From a virus (lineage: Duplodnaviria; Caudoviricetes), in the IMG/VR virus record IMGVR_UViG_3300045922_000467, positions 1 to 55,119 of that record: a stretch of DNA of 55,119 nt. One strand, given 5' to 3'. The position numbers and the translations under genes were made by a program. The notes beneath the pieces are model-generated. The model searched no databases. It was given only the letters and a program-made list of their open reading frames with translations, and was not told the DNA's origin. This document shows positions 8,931 through 18,541 of this stretch, piece after piece; the first letter of the stretch is position 1; every line of letters starts with the position of its first letter.

Positions 8931-9368
8931 ATGGCCGCATATACTGATTCTCTGGGGTTCAATAAGGGGACTCCGGCGCTGTTTGACCGCAACGAACGGA
9001 ACGTCGTGCTGATGGAGGTCGAGCTGAACTTCGCCAAGATTGCTGCTGCTCGGGCTGCTGCCGGCGCTGCGGCCTTGGCGGCCACAGACACCCTCGAGGT
9101 GATGCCGCTTCCGCCGTCCACACTGGTTCTCGCGGCCGGTGTCCGCGTGTCCAAGGTGGAGGGTGCCACGGCAACCATAGACCTCGGCGACAGCGGCAAC
9201 GCGACGCGTTATGTGTCGAACGCAGACCTGAATGCTCTGACCAATGTGGCTGGCACCACAGCGTTCTACAACGCCACGGGACTGCCGCTGCGGGTGACCC
9301 TTGACCACAACTCCATCGACGCTGCGGTGGCAACGGTGTGGGCCCTGGTCGCTGGTCGCGTGAGGTAA
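8931..9368 (+). CDS. Probable capsid decoration or minor head protein
   Basis: 145 aa beta-rich protein immediately after the capsid gene; AAGGAG RBS. Confidence 0.65.
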   Translation: MAAYTDSLGFNKGTPALFDRNERNVVLMEVELNFAKIAAARAAAGAAALAATDTLEVMPLPPSTLVLAAGVRVSKVEGATATIDLGDSGNATRYVSNADLNALTNVAGTTAFYNATGLPLRVTLDHNSIDAAVATVWALVAGRVR

Positions 9369-9383
9369 CGGAGGTACCGAGGT

Positions 9384-9632
9384 ATGGCCCGGGTTGACAC
9401 AATCGCGCGCGAAGCTGTGAATATCCTCAGCGGCGCAGTCGCTGCGCAGGTTACTGCAAAGGGGCCGCTGCAGCTGCAGAGCTATACGGTTGCCACGGCT
9501 CCGTCTGCGGCTGGGAGGACCGGGTCGGTGATCTTCGTCACGAACGGAAACTCCGGAGCACCCTGTATTGCCGTGAGCAACGGCACCAACTGGCTTCGCA
9601 TCGCTCTCGGCACTGCGATCGCTGCGTCTTGA
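9384..9632 (+). CDS. Small virion protein, head-fibre-like, 82 aa
   Basis: 'YTVATAPSAAGRTGSVIFVTNG...SNGTNW' fibre motif; GGAGG RBS. Confidence 0.75.
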   Translation: MARVDTIAREAVNILSGAVAAQVTAKGPLQLQSYTVATAPSAAGRTGSVIFVTNGNSGAPCIAVSNGTNWLRIALGTAIAAS

Positions 9633-9643
9633 TGGAGGCTTAT

Positions 9644-9751
9644 ATGCGGAAGCCCATGGGGAAGGCGGCCGGGCTCAAGCCGTGCAGTTCGTGCAAGTCT
9701 GCGGGCAGGTGCAAAGCTGCCGGCAAGTGCATGGCGAAGTCCAAGAGGTAA
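9644..9751 (+). CDS. 35-aa Cys/Lys-rich peptide (MRKPMGKAAGLKPCSSCKSAGRCKAAGKCMAKSKR); not in the ORF track
   Basis: GGAGG RBS; CxxC-x5-C-x5-C; ends just before a terminator. Confidence 0.75.
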   Translation: MRKPMGKAAGLKPCSSCKSAGRCKAAGKCMAKSKR

Positions 9752-9772
9752 TCGGCGTCGCCCACCGACCGG

Positions 9773-9814
9773 AGACTCCGTCACGCAGACACGCGCGGCG
9801 GAGTCTTTGTTTTT
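9773..9814 (+). terminator. Intrinsic terminator ending the head operon
   Basis: AGACTCCGTC...GGCGGAGTCT stem followed by TTGTTTTT. Confidence 0.8.
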
Positions 9815-9839
9815 AGAGCATGCGGAGGTATAAGGCGGT

Positions 9840-10793
9840 ATGGCCGGCAAGCGCATCCCCGCACTCGATCCGATCACGGCAGCGCAGACCGCCGGAGACG
9901 ACTTGCTGGTGATCTTCGACACGTCGGGAGACACAACGGTCCGGATCACCCGCAACCAGCTTGCCGAGGCAGTTACCCCGCAGCTGCCCTTTACCCCAAC
10001 GGGGTCAGTGACGTCGAACACCGTGGTGGGCGCCATAGCGGAGCTGGCTACCGCTCCGGCTCCAACTGTCGACCTGGCGTCGGTAATTATCACCGGCGGC
10101 ACTATCAATGGCGCGACAATCGGGGGTGTGACGCCGGCTGCGGGCACTTTCACCAACCTCGGCGCCACTACTGCCACACTGGGATCCCTGACGCTTGGAG
10201 CGCCTCTCCCGGTCGCCAGCGGCGGTACTGGTAACTCGACGGCGCTCGGTGCGTTTGATACTTTGTCGGGGGTGGCGTCGACTTCGTTCGGTCGGGCCCG
10301 TCTGGCAGATGTCGACGCTCCGGCCGCGCGCAATTCGCTGGGTCTCGGCGCGCTCGCTACCAAGACCAATATCAACAACGGCGACTGGTCCGGCACTCCG
10401 CTCTCGCTTGCTAACGGAGGAACCGGGTACGCTGCTGCCAGTAAGGCGGATCTGCTCAATCATCTGGGGGGATTCGGGGTCAGCGATGAGCAGCTGACTG
10501 CTACTGGGTATGTGCGGCTTGCTAACGGTCTGACGCTGCAGTGGGGGCAGAACCGTAATGCAGTGTCTATTCAGAGCGGGCCGTTCACGACGACCTTCCC
10601 GGTTCCGTTCACGGCCGCTGTTTTCGTCGTTCTCATGACCGGGTACAACTCGAACGCTGCGGACAACAAGGAGCTCGAACCTCAGTTGGTGTCGACAACT
10701 TTGACGACGTTCCAAACCTATTTGCAGCTGTCTGACAGCAACACCTCCGGTCGAGGCCTGGACGGGTTCGACTGGTTCGCGATTGGCGTTTGA
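9840..10793 (+). CDS. Tail fibre protein with gp53-like C-terminal domain
   Basis: ITGGTING and VASGGTG fibre motifs; C-terminal GYVRLANGLTLQWG...TTFPVPF...WFAIG. Confidence 0.8.
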   Translation: MAGKRIPALDPITAAQTAGDDLLVIFDTSGDTTVRITRNQLAEAVTPQLPFTPTGSVTSNTVVGAIAELATAPAPTVDLASVIITGGTINGATIGGVTPAAGTFTNLGATTATLGSLTLGAPLPVASGGTGNSTALGAFDTLSGVASTSFGRARLADVDAPAARNSLGLGALATKTNINNGDWSGTPLSLANGGTGYAAASKADLLNHLGGFGVSDEQLTATGYVRLANGLTLQWGQNRNAVSIQSGPFTTTFPVPFTAAVFVVLMTGYNSNAADNKELEPQLVSTTLTTFQTYLQLSDSNTSGRGLDGFDWFAIGV

Positions 10794-10808
10794 ATGTAGG
10801 ACCGAGCT

Positions 10809-11873
10809 ATGACGGCGAGTCTTTCTGGACAGACGATTTCGACCACGTTCAGCCAGCTTCTCCACATGGGCGGCGCGCTGACGGCGACCGAATCTGTTGT
10901 ATTTTCTGGTGCGGGGGTTGCCAGCGCGGTGCAGCTGGGGACTTTGTCTTTCCGTGCTGGGAACGTGCGGATTCAGAACAACACCCTCAGCGCGGTCAAC
11001 ACCAACGGCAGTATTATGCTGTCACCAAGCGGTACCGGCGCAGTTGTAATCCCCAGGGTTGATATCACCGGCGGCACGATCAGTGGGCTTTCGCTGCCCG
11101 TCCCTGTGGCGTCCGGCGGAACCGGGGGGAACACGGCGGCGGCGGCCCGCGCGTCGCTGGGGGTTTCGGCGACCGGGGCGGACGTCACATACCTGTTCCG
11201 GGGCAACAATCTGAATGATGTCGACAATATCGCAGTGGCTCGGACCAATCTGGGTTTGGGCACCCTCGCGACGCAGAATGCAAGCTCCGTCGCCATCACT
11301 GGGGGTACTATCAGCGGTGTTACGATGACCGGGGCGTTCACGTTCACGAGTATCACAGCGAGCACGGTCAGCGCCACCACCGTCACATCTGCCGACGGCA
11401 GCTTCGGCACGTCGTTGGCGGCCGGGAGCCTCGCGATTGCCGCCAACGCTCTGTCTGCCACAAACACCAACGGAGATGTCGAGTTGGTGCCAATCGGCGG
11501 TGGCCGGGTGCTGTTCCACAAGAAAGCGGGGTACGCCCAGGGGGTGGGGCTCGGCGTCGCCGTGACCCAGGCGACCAGCAAAACGACGGCCGTCACCTGC
11601 AATGCGGTTTCCGGGGATATCACAATGGCCGCCGGCAACCTGGCTGCGGAGGCGACTGCGACGTTCCAGGTGAACAACGACCAGGTTCTTGCGACGGACA
11701 TGGTCCTGGTGTGTCAGGTCGATTCGGGCACTCCCGGCGCCTATTTGGTGGCGGTTGATCGCGTTCGTGCAGGCTCGTTCGACGTCTCGGTAACCAATGT
11801 GAAGGCTGGGGCCAGCACTTTGGATGAACAGGTGAAGATCCGGTTCATGGTGATCCATGGGACGAACACTTGA
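10809..11873 (+). CDS. Tail fibre-like protein
   Basis: ARTNLGLGTLATQNASSVAITGGTISG motif; VTQATSKTTAVT C-terminal domain. Confidence 0.75.
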   Translation: MTASLSGQTISTTFSQLLHMGGALTATESVVFSGAGVASAVQLGTLSFRAGNVRIQNNTLSAVNTNGSIMLSPSGTGAVVIPRVDITGGTISGLSLPVPVASGGTGGNTAAAARASLGVSATGADVTYLFRGNNLNDVDNIAVARTNLGLGTLATQNASSVAITGGTISGVTMTGAFTFTSITASTVSATTVTSADGSFGTSLAAGSLAIAANALSATNTNGDVELVPIGGGRVLFHKKAGYAQGVGLGVAVTQATSKTTAVTCNAVSGDITMAAGNLAAEATATFQVNNDQVLATDMVLVCQVDSGTPGAYLVAVDRVRAGSFDVSVTNVKAGASTLDEQVKIRFMVIHGTNT

Positions 11874-11976
11874 TGAGGGATGCAACGAGTAACCCCCTTT
11901 CGCAGAGCGCGCGGGTGTGCCACAATCAGCCGGCGTACAACACATGTGCGCGAACGAGGTGATAAGGGGTAGCGTA

Positions 11977-12231
11977 ATGGCGAAGACTCCTGCATGGCAG
12001 CGCAAGGAGGGGAAGGACCCCGACGGTGGGCTGAACGCCAAAGGTCGTGCGTCCTACAACCGCGAGACAGGCGGCAATCTGAAACCGCCAGCGCCCAACC
12101 CCAAAACCAAGGAGGATGCGGCCCGCCGCAAGTCTTTCTGCGCACGGATGGGCGGGATGCCGGGTCCCATGAAGGACGAGAAGGGCCGTCCGACCCGGAA
12201 GGCCAAGGCTCTCAAAGCCTGGAACTGTTGA
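11977..12231 (+). CDS. Conserved basic phage protein (DUF6321-like)
   Basis: AWQRKEGK.P.GGLNAKGRASY...RRKSFCARM...W.C signature. Confidence 0.8.
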   Translation: MAKTPAWQRKEGKDPDGGLNAKGRASYNRETGGNLKPPAPNPKTKEDAARRKSFCARMGGMPGPMKDEKGRPTRKAKALKAWNC

Positions 12232-12241
12232 GGAGATATCG

Positions 12242-12673
12242 ATGAGCATGACAATTATGCTGCGGCGCCGTGGTACTGATATTCTCTACCCGTATCACGA
12301 GGAGATGGCCAAGAACCCGAACATGGAGTCGGTTTTGGTCGGCGACGGCGGCGTCCCGGTGGCACCGCCGAGCGAGGCCGAGATCGTCGCTGCGGCGGTG
12401 CCGCCAAGCAAGGCCGAGATCGTCGCTGCGGTGGCGCCGCCAAGCGAGGCCGAGATCGTTGCTGTGCCCGAGAAGCCGAAGAGGACGAGGAAGCCAAAGG
12501 CGGAAGGTTCTGAGGAGTCGGTCCCGACCTTGGAGCAACCGACACTCCCGCTGGAACCGGCTCTGCCGCAGGTTGACTTCGGGGACTTGGGTGATGCGGG
12601 TGGGGTCGGGTCCCCGGTTCTGACCGGAAACCCTGATCTTGATGCTGAGCTGACGAAGGCGATGAACGCGTGA
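12242..12673 (+). CDS. Hypothetical protein with three ~12-aa repeats (PPSEAEIVAA)
   Basis: GAGGAG RBS; 36-bp tandem repeats at about 12365-12465. Confidence 0.75.
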   Translation: MSMTIMLRRRGTDILYPYHEEMAKNPNMESVLVGDGGVPVAPPSEAEIVAAAVPPSKAEIVAAVAPPSEAEIVAVPEKPKRTRKPKAEGSEESVPTLEQPTLPLEPALPQVDFGDLGDAGGVGSPVLTGNPDLDAELTKAMNA

Positions 12674-13317
12674 CGCCGGCGGACATCATCCTCGATGTCC
12701 GCGACTTGGTGCAGGACACTGCGACGCCGTATCGATACAGCGATGCGGTGCTCCTGCGTTTTGTAAATCAGGCGTTCCGGCGGGCTGCGGTCATTCGCCC
12801 GGACCTATTTCACGTCTATGAAGAGGCGCTCCCCACAATCCCCGGCAAGGTGCAGCAGTCTCTTCCGGAGGGATCCATACGGTTGGTTGAAATATTCGCT
12901 GCCGATGGCCGAGCGATTCTTGAAGTGGCCCGGGAGACTCTCGATCAGTCACACCCCGAGTGGCGGTCAGATGACCCGGGGCAGCCTCTGAACTTCATGC
13001 GCCACCCGCGCAATCCAACGATGTTCTTTCTTTGGCCGCCCCCGTCGCTGGGCGTGACGCTCGAAGCCGAGTATGCCCGGACGCCGGCTCTGCTGGGGAT
13101 CAACGACGAGATCGAAGAGTTTCCTGCCGCGTACATCCCCGCGATCATTGACTGCACCGTGGGCCTCGCGGAGTCGGTCGACGACGAGCATGTCAATAGC
13201 GGCCGGGCCAAGCAGTTTATGGATAGTTTTACTCAGCAGATGGGGCTGGGGCTCCAGGTTCGCCCGGTGTCTGATTCCGAGGGAGCGGGCATGTCTCCGG
13301 AGGCGCAGCCGAGGTGA
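12670..13317 (+). CDS. Head-tail adaptor or tail tubular protein A-like
   Basis: 'DVRDLVQD...RYSDAVLLRFVNQA' N-terminus; position in the module. Confidence 0.75.
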   Translation: MTPADIILDVRDLVQDTATPYRYSDAVLLRFVNQAFRRAAVIRPDLFHVYEEALPTIPGKVQQSLPEGSIRLVEIFAADGRAILEVARETLDQSHPEWRSDDPGQPLNFMRHPRNPTMFFLWPPPSLGVTLEAEYARTPALLGINDEIEEFPAAYIPAIIDCTVGLAESVDDEHVNSGRAKQFMDSFTQQMGLGLQVRPVSDSEGAGMSPEAQPR

Positions 13318-14084
13318 TCGAGAGAACTTTTGCCAGCCTAGTTCCAAGGATCTCCACCGTAGCGACGGGGTGCCCCACTCCGACTATGATTTCGCATATT
13401 CGCGAGGCGGCGATCCGCGTGTGTGGCCAGTCGCTGTTCTGGCGCCAGGAGTTGCGGAAGATCAATCTGCTCCCGGGAGTGTTCGAATATGCGTTCCCAA
13501 CGCCCCTCAAGGCCGAGGTGGCGGTGGTGTTCGCGGCGCTGACCGACAACCGGCGGCTCGAAGTGCTGACGCTGGAGCAGGCAATCTGCAGGTATCCGGA
13601 GTGGGCCGATCTGTTTTCTGGGGTTCCTTCGGAGACAGCATGGAGTGAGACCGACCCGAACACCTGGAATGCGGAGGAGTTCAACGAGAACACGATGAAC
13701 AACTCGAATCCGTACAACCTGGTACCGGCTATCATCGAGAAGGCCGGGCAGCCCCGCGTCATTTCGCAGGTGTCCCCGCATAGGTTCATCGTGCTTCCGC
13801 TGCCGGATGACCAGAGGCCCTACTTGACGCGGATCATTGCAGCACTGAAACCAAGCCGGTCGTCGTCAGCGATACCTCAGATCGTGTTCGACGAGGTCGA
13901 GGACGCGGTGTTTCACAATGCGCTGCAGCACCTGATGGCGATCCCCAGCCGCCCCTGGTCAGATCCCGAGCAGACAACGTACCACGGGCGGCTTGCACGC
14001 TCGGAGATTGCCCGGCTGCGTGCGCGGGCCAATTTGACGGTGCATCGCGGCATGATGATGGCCTACGGCCCGCATTTTGTGTAG
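13314..14084 (+). CDS. Second adaptor or tail structural protein
   Basis: GCP..MI...IREAAIR.C...W and ALKPSR...LMAIPSRPWS motifs. Confidence 0.7.
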   Translation: MIERTFASLVPRISTVATGCPTPTMISHIREAAIRVCGQSLFWRQELRKINLLPGVFEYAFPTPLKAEVAVVFAALTDNRRLEVLTLEQAICRYPEWADLFSGVPSETAWSETDPNTWNAEEFNENTMNNSNPYNLVPAIIEKAGQPRVISQVSPHRFIVLPLPDDQRPYLTRIIAALKPSRSSSAIPQIVFDEVEDAVFHNALQHLMAIPSRPWSDPEQTTYHGRLARSEIARLRARANLTVHRGMMMAYGPHFV

Positions 14085-14093
14085 GGAGGGGGG

Positions 14094-14423
14094 ATGGCGA
14101 TCCAGTTCTCCAACAATGCTTTCTCGATCCTCCCGAATCTGGTCGAGAGCACCGACACCCAAATCGAACTGGGGTCTGGGGATGGAGCTCGCTTTCCGGT
14201 TCTCGGGACCGGGGATCACTTCTATGCGACCATCGTCGACACGATGGGCAATCTCGAAGTTGTCAAAGTCACGGCGCGGGTCGGTGATTTGCTCACTGTG
14301 GAGAGAGCCAAGGAAGGCACTTTGGCGATGCCGTTCCCGCCGCTGTGTAGGTTGGAGCACCGGATCACGGCGCAGACGCTTCGTGATCTGATCGCTGAAA
14401 CGACTGACTATTTGTTGCTGTGA
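14094..14423 (+). CDS. Tail-associated protein (fibre N-terminal-like domain)
   Basis: NNA...G.G.RFP...FYAT...EVVKVTAR.GD.LTVER motif; paralogous to the N-terminus of the next gene. Confidence 0.75.
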   Translation: MAIQFSNNAFSILPNLVESTDTQIELGSGDGARFPVLGTGDHFYATIVDTMGNLEVVKVTARVGDLLTVERAKEGTLAMPFPPLCRLEHRITAQTLRDLIAETTDYLLL

Positions 14424-14432
14424 GGCTCTTCG

Positions 14433-15404
14433 ATGGGTGTAATCCTCCGTAACAACGTTTCCGGCACTCTGGCTACCACGGTCAGTGCTTCGGACGTGGG
14501 GTTGGTGCTGACCTCCGGGCACGGCAACCGGTTTCCGGGGCCTACCGCTGGCGACTATTTCTATGCCACTTTGGAGGGGGTTGACGGGTCAATCGAGATT
14601 GTCCGGGTAACAGAGAGGGTCGGCGACGTTCTCTTCGTGGAGCGCGGATCGGATGACTCGACACCAGCTTCGTTTTCGGCAGGGACCCGCCTCGAGATGC
14701 GGGTTAACGCTGCCTGCATCAGGGACATCGTCACCGAGGGTATCGCGGTCACGCCGGTCTACCCGGATTTTGGTGGCAACGGCGGGCTGTTTTTGAGGGT
14801 GAATCTCTCTGAAACCGGTGTGGAGTGGGGCATGGTCAATGTACCCGACCCGCTTCCGGACCTCGATGGGAACGCCGGCAGGATTCTTTTCGTAAAAGCT
14901 GACGAGACTGGTGTGGAGTGGGGCGACCCCCCAGTCTGCGAGTGCCCGATCGCGGTGGGGTATGGCGTCGGCGAAAACGCCTTTTTGGTTTATAATGACG
15001 CGACTGATTTCTGGGACGCGCGCGATCCTGAGCAGGTTCGGCAGATTCTCGGGGTTGATGCTCGGGTTTTCGGTACCGGTATCGAGGCGCCCTCGTCCGA
15101 TAACGAGGTGCTTCTTCGCTTTGCTTCGGACGTGAGTGGGCAGATCTCGGCGGATCTCATTGACTGGGAAGTTGAGCCCGAGGGGGTAGCCACCGGGGGG
15201 AACTATGTAATTGAGCTTAAGGTCAACAACACAAACCGCGGCACTATCACGATCAGCACGTCCGGCGTCGTTTCTACCACGACTGTTGGGGGACTGCCGG
15301 TTGGTATTGCAGCCGGGGATGTGATAAAGCTGGTTGCGCCGAGCGACGCCTCCGCGAGAGGCGCGGCGCTGAGTTTTGCTGTCACAGGAAGGGTGCTGTT
15401 CTAA
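14433..15404 (+). CDS. Tail fibre or tail-associated protein
   Basis: Same N-terminal domain as 14094-14423; duplicated 'PD..GN.G..L.V...ETGVEW' motif. Confidence 0.75.
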   Translation: MGVILRNNVSGTLATTVSASDVGLVLTSGHGNRFPGPTAGDYFYATLEGVDGSIEIVRVTERVGDVLFVERGSDDSTPASFSAGTRLEMRVNAACIRDIVTEGIAVTPVYPDFGGNGGLFLRVNLSETGVEWGMVNVPDPLPDLDGNAGRILFVKADETGVEWGDPPVCECPIAVGYGVGENAFLVYNDATDFWDARDPEQVRQILGVDARVFGTGIEAPSSDNEVLLRFASDVSGQISADLIDWEVEPEGVATGGNYVIELKVNNTNRGTITISTSGVVSTTTVGGLPVGIAAGDVIKLVAPSDASARGAALSFAVTGRVLF

Positions 15405-16399
15405 TGGCTCTGCTCGCTTTCGGAAATCGCCTGCTGTGGATGGGGCGGGGCTCCAGTTCGACGACCATGAGCAGCACGCTGGGGTCGCCAGCGCTGTTCG
15501 ACAACGCGGTTGTCAGCGAGGGTGTGTCTACACCTGGGCGAAGCACTGTCGGGGCGCAGTACGTCGGTTACGACCACACTTCGGGGGTGACCCGCGCGCA
15601 GTTCCGGTTCGATATGGCGTCTGAGGGCGGCGGCGCGGCGGTGACTTCTCCGCTTTTCGAGATCGTCGGAACATCTGGAACTCCTATTGCAGAAGTCAGA
15701 ATCGGAACCACGGCGTCGATCGTTCAATTCCGGTCTCTCAACACGTCGTCGGTCATGACGCAGCGCGGAGCGGACCTCAGCGCCGTGGCGACGGGGCTCA
15801 CTTCCTACGTCATTGATTTTACGAGCGGGGCCAACGGCGAGGTTAATATCTACCGGGGCGGATCTCTCTGGCACTCGGCGACCTGGACGGGCGGCAACTC
15901 TGCTACGATCGGCGGCATCCGGCTGTATAATTTTGCATCCGGCACCCAGCGGACTGTCTATAGCCAATTTGCCATGTCCGACGGCGATGATCTGCGCGGT
16001 TTTCTCGTGCAGAGTGTTGTTATAACCGGGACCGGGTTTCACAATGACGGTACCGGACTTCCCGCCGACACCGGCGACGCCGACATCACAACCGCAAAGG
16101 GGCTCAGTACGGCCGACGATCGGTGGTCGGGCACGAAGCCAACGGTCACGCTGCCGTCAGGAGCGGCGTTGGAGCAGGTGGCGGTGAATCTGCTCGCTCG
16201 CGCCACGTCCCCGGTTCCCAACGCGCGGATACTTGTGCGTCGAGCTGGCAACGACAGCTATGACAGCAACCTATCGCCGGCGCTGAGCTCTGGGTACACG
16301 GCGCGCAGCCGGATTTTGACACTTGACCCTACCACGGGGTTGCCGTGGGATTTGAGCAACTTCAACGCGTCAGAGTTTGGGCTCCAGGCGCGTGCATAA
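15404..16399 (+). CDS. Putative receptor-binding or tail protein, beta-rich
   Basis: 331 aa S/T/G-rich; 'DPTTGLPW...NASEFG' C-terminus; TAATG coupling. Confidence 0.65.
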   Translation: MALLAFGNRLLWMGRGSSSTTMSSTLGSPALFDNAVVSEGVSTPGRSTVGAQYVGYDHTSGVTRAQFRFDMASEGGGAAVTSPLFEIVGTSGTPIAEVRIGTTASIVQFRSLNTSSVMTQRGADLSAVATGLTSYVIDFTSGANGEVNIYRGGSLWHSATWTGGNSATIGGIRLYNFASGTQRTVYSQFAMSDGDDLRGFLVQSVVITGTGFHNDGTGLPADTGDADITTAKGLSTADDRWSGTKPTVTLPSGAALEQVAVNLLARATSPVPNARILVRRAGNDSYDSNLSPALSSGYTARSRILTLDPTTGLPWDLSNFNASEFGLQARA

Positions 16400-17467
16400 A
16401 TGTCAATCACATACCTAACACGCCGAAACTCGGTAACCGTTAACACCGGCACCAGCCGCACGGCGGGTTCGTATATAGACCCTGTTGCGTCGAGCATGAC
16501 CAACGGGTGGCAGTTCTGCTTTTGCGCGGTTCAGAATAACGACACGATAACAACAGCCACATCCGGCTGGACAAAGATCGCGCAGGTCAACTCCGGCTCT
16601 GGCTTCACTGTCGCTCTGTTCACGGCAAAGCTCGGAGCGGCCACCCCTTCGTTTCAGTGGACGAATGCCGCCCACGGCCATGTCATGGGCGGGGCGTTCG
16701 ACAGCGGCTCCTATGACATAATCGCGACCGCAGTCGCCAGCAGTACAAGCAATACAGGCAACACTTCGCCGCACACCGCCACCGGGCTTACTGCGGTCCA
16801 CCCAGACGGTATGACGTTGGCGTTGGCGGTTGTTTCCGCAGGCCAGTCAACAAGCTACGGAGCCGCGTCTGCTGGCTGGACGAACCGGTGGAACCAGGGC
16901 ACGAGCGCAACCATCAATATGCGCAGCGTGATGGCGACGCGGGATGACAACAACCCCGGCGCCACCGGCGATGTCTCCTGGACGCATACCGCTAATCCTT
17001 GGGTAGCGTTCCAGATTGAGCTTGATGTCAGCAACGAAGCCGGTCCTCAGCTCGATGTCGCTGAGATGGAGTTGGCGGTACCGCATGGCGAGGGCCCGCT
17101 CAGTGCCCGCGAGATGGAAGTCTCCGCGCTGCTGAAAACCAGCGTTGGTCTCGACGTGCCGGAGATGGAGGTCGCCGCACTCCTCAGTGTCGACTTTGAC
17201 CCCGACCCGCCCCTCAATGTGCAGGAGATGGAGCTTGCATATATACCCAACGCCGGAGCGGGTGTCTTTGCTCAAGAGTTGGAGCTCGCCGCGCTGCTCA
17301 GTGTCGATATTGACACCGACGATCCGCTCAACGTCCAGGAAATGGAGATCGCCACGTTTCTGAGCGTTGATCTCGACGATCCGCTCAGCGTGCGGGAGCT
17401 GGAGATGGCTACCCTTCTCAGTGTTGCTCCAGTAGCGGTTCGGCGCAGACCCCTGTATATTTCCTAG
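16400..17467 (+). CDS. Putative tail protein with seven C-terminal acidic E-[ML]-E repeats
   Basis: Beta-sandwich-like N-terminal part; repeats such as LNVQEMELA and LDVPEMEVAALLSVD. Confidence 0.7.
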   Translation: MSITYLTRRNSVTVNTGTSRTAGSYIDPVASSMTNGWQFCFCAVQNNDTITTATSGWTKIAQVNSGSGFTVALFTAKLGAATPSFQWTNAAHGHVMGGAFDSGSYDIIATAVASSTSNTGNTSPHTATGLTAVHPDGMTLALAVVSAGQSTSYGAASAGWTNRWNQGTSATINMRSVMATRDDNNPGATGDVSWTHTANPWVAFQIELDVSNEAGPQLDVAEMELAVPHGEGPLSAREMEVSALLKTSVGLDVPEMEVAALLSVDFDPDPPLNVQEMELAYIPNAGAGVFAQELELAALLSVDIDTDDPLNVQEMEIATFLSVDLDDPLSVRELEMATLLSVAPVAVRRRPLYIS

Positions 17468-17487
17468 AGTGTGGTTTGGAGTGGGAT

Positions 17488-17709
17488 ATGGACGCGCAGG
17501 CACTCATTAACATAGCGTTTGCCATGGTTGGTGCCCTGTGCATGCTGCTGATTCGGACAGTTTTTTCTCGGCAGGAGGTTCACGACGAGCAGATCCGGCA
17601 GTTCCCGAGGGATTATGTGGCGAAAAGCGACTACGATCGGGATATTCGCTACGTCAAAGATCGCCTCGACACCATCGTCGACAGGCTGGGAGGGAAGGCA
17701 GACAAATGA
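17488..17709 (+). CDS. Holin- or antiholin-like membrane protein
   Basis: One N-terminal TM segment, 'P.DYV.K.DY' motif, overlaps the endolysin start. Confidence 0.6.
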   Translation: MDAQALINIAFAMVGALCMLLIRTVFSRQEVHDEQIRQFPRDYVAKSDYDRDIRYVKDRLDTIVDRLGGKADK

Positions 17710-18245
17710 GCGAGCCCCGTCATCTGCAGATTGCCCGGTCGTACATCGGCGTCATTGAGATCCCCGGCCCCCAGCACAACCCGACGATCCAAAAGTGGAA
17801 CCGCAGGCTCAAGGCTTCCTGGGGTGACGACGAGACCCCCTGGTGCGGGACGTTCGTTGCCGCATGCCTGGACGAGGCTGGGCTGCCGATCATCGGACAG
17901 TGGGCCAGCAGCCGCGCCTGGAACCAGTATGGGGCTCGTCTGCAGGCGGATCGTCTGGCTCCCGGCGCAATCATGGTGTTCTGGCGCGGGTCGCCCCAAA
18001 GCTGGCAGGGACACGTCGGGTTCTACGTCGGCGAAGACCCCACCCACTATCATATTTTGGGGGGAAACCAGTCTGAGCGCGACCCAGCGACGGGCCGGCT
18101 CAAGCACACCGGCGGGGTCAATGTAATGCGGATTCCCAAGGCTCGGTTTGTCGGTGCGCGGTGGCCGCGCGGCCTGCCGGTTCTCGGCGGGCCGGTGCAT
18201 CTGTCGGCTGCCGGCGTTCCTGTGACCAGCGGCAATGAGGTGTGA
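17706..18245 (+). CDS. Endolysin, TIGR02594-like NlpC/P60 (CHAP-related) peptidase
   Basis: DDETPWCGTFV catalytic Cys; GHVGF His; LGGNQS. Confidence 0.88.
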   Translation: MSEPRHLQIARSYIGVIEIPGPQHNPTIQKWNRRLKASWGDDETPWCGTFVAACLDEAGLPIIGQWASSRAWNQYGARLQADRLAPGAIMVFWRGSPQSWQGHVGFYVGEDPTHYHILGGNQSERDPATGRLKHTGGVNVMRIPKARFVGARWPRGLPVLGGPVHLSAAGVPVTSGNEV

Positions 18246-18246
18246 C

Positions 18247-18522
18247 ATGTGGCAGCGGGTGAAGAATGAGTTCGATATGCTCTCACACATGTGGAGTGTG
18301 CGCCTCGCTGTGCTTGCCGGGGTTGTGGCGGCCTACTTGGTCGCAAACCCGATGGTGCTGGTCGAACTGACGGTGTACCTCCCCGAGCGGTGGCGCCCGG
18401 CTGCGTCGGCGCTTGCCGGGTTCCTGGTGTTCGTCCTCCCGACAATTATTCGCCGTCTTCCGCAGCCCGGATTGAAAAATCACATGCACCCCCCTTCAAA
18501 ACCTAGGTCAGACGAGGTATAG
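18247..18522 (+). CDS. Probable holin with two TM segments
   Basis: 'WSVRL' start, two hydrophobic helices, 'RRLPQP' end. Confidence 0.7.
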   Translation: MWQRVKNEFDMLSHMWSVRLAVLAGVVAAYLVANPMVLVELTVYLPERWRPAASALAGFLVFVLPTIIRRLPQPGLKNHMHPPSKPRSDEV

Positions 18523-18541
18523 ATTTCGGCGGAGGTTTCCC

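Noticed and set aside
9840-17467. Diversity-generating retroelement acting on the tail fibres
   Set aside because: No reverse transcriptase and no TR/VR repeat pair seen
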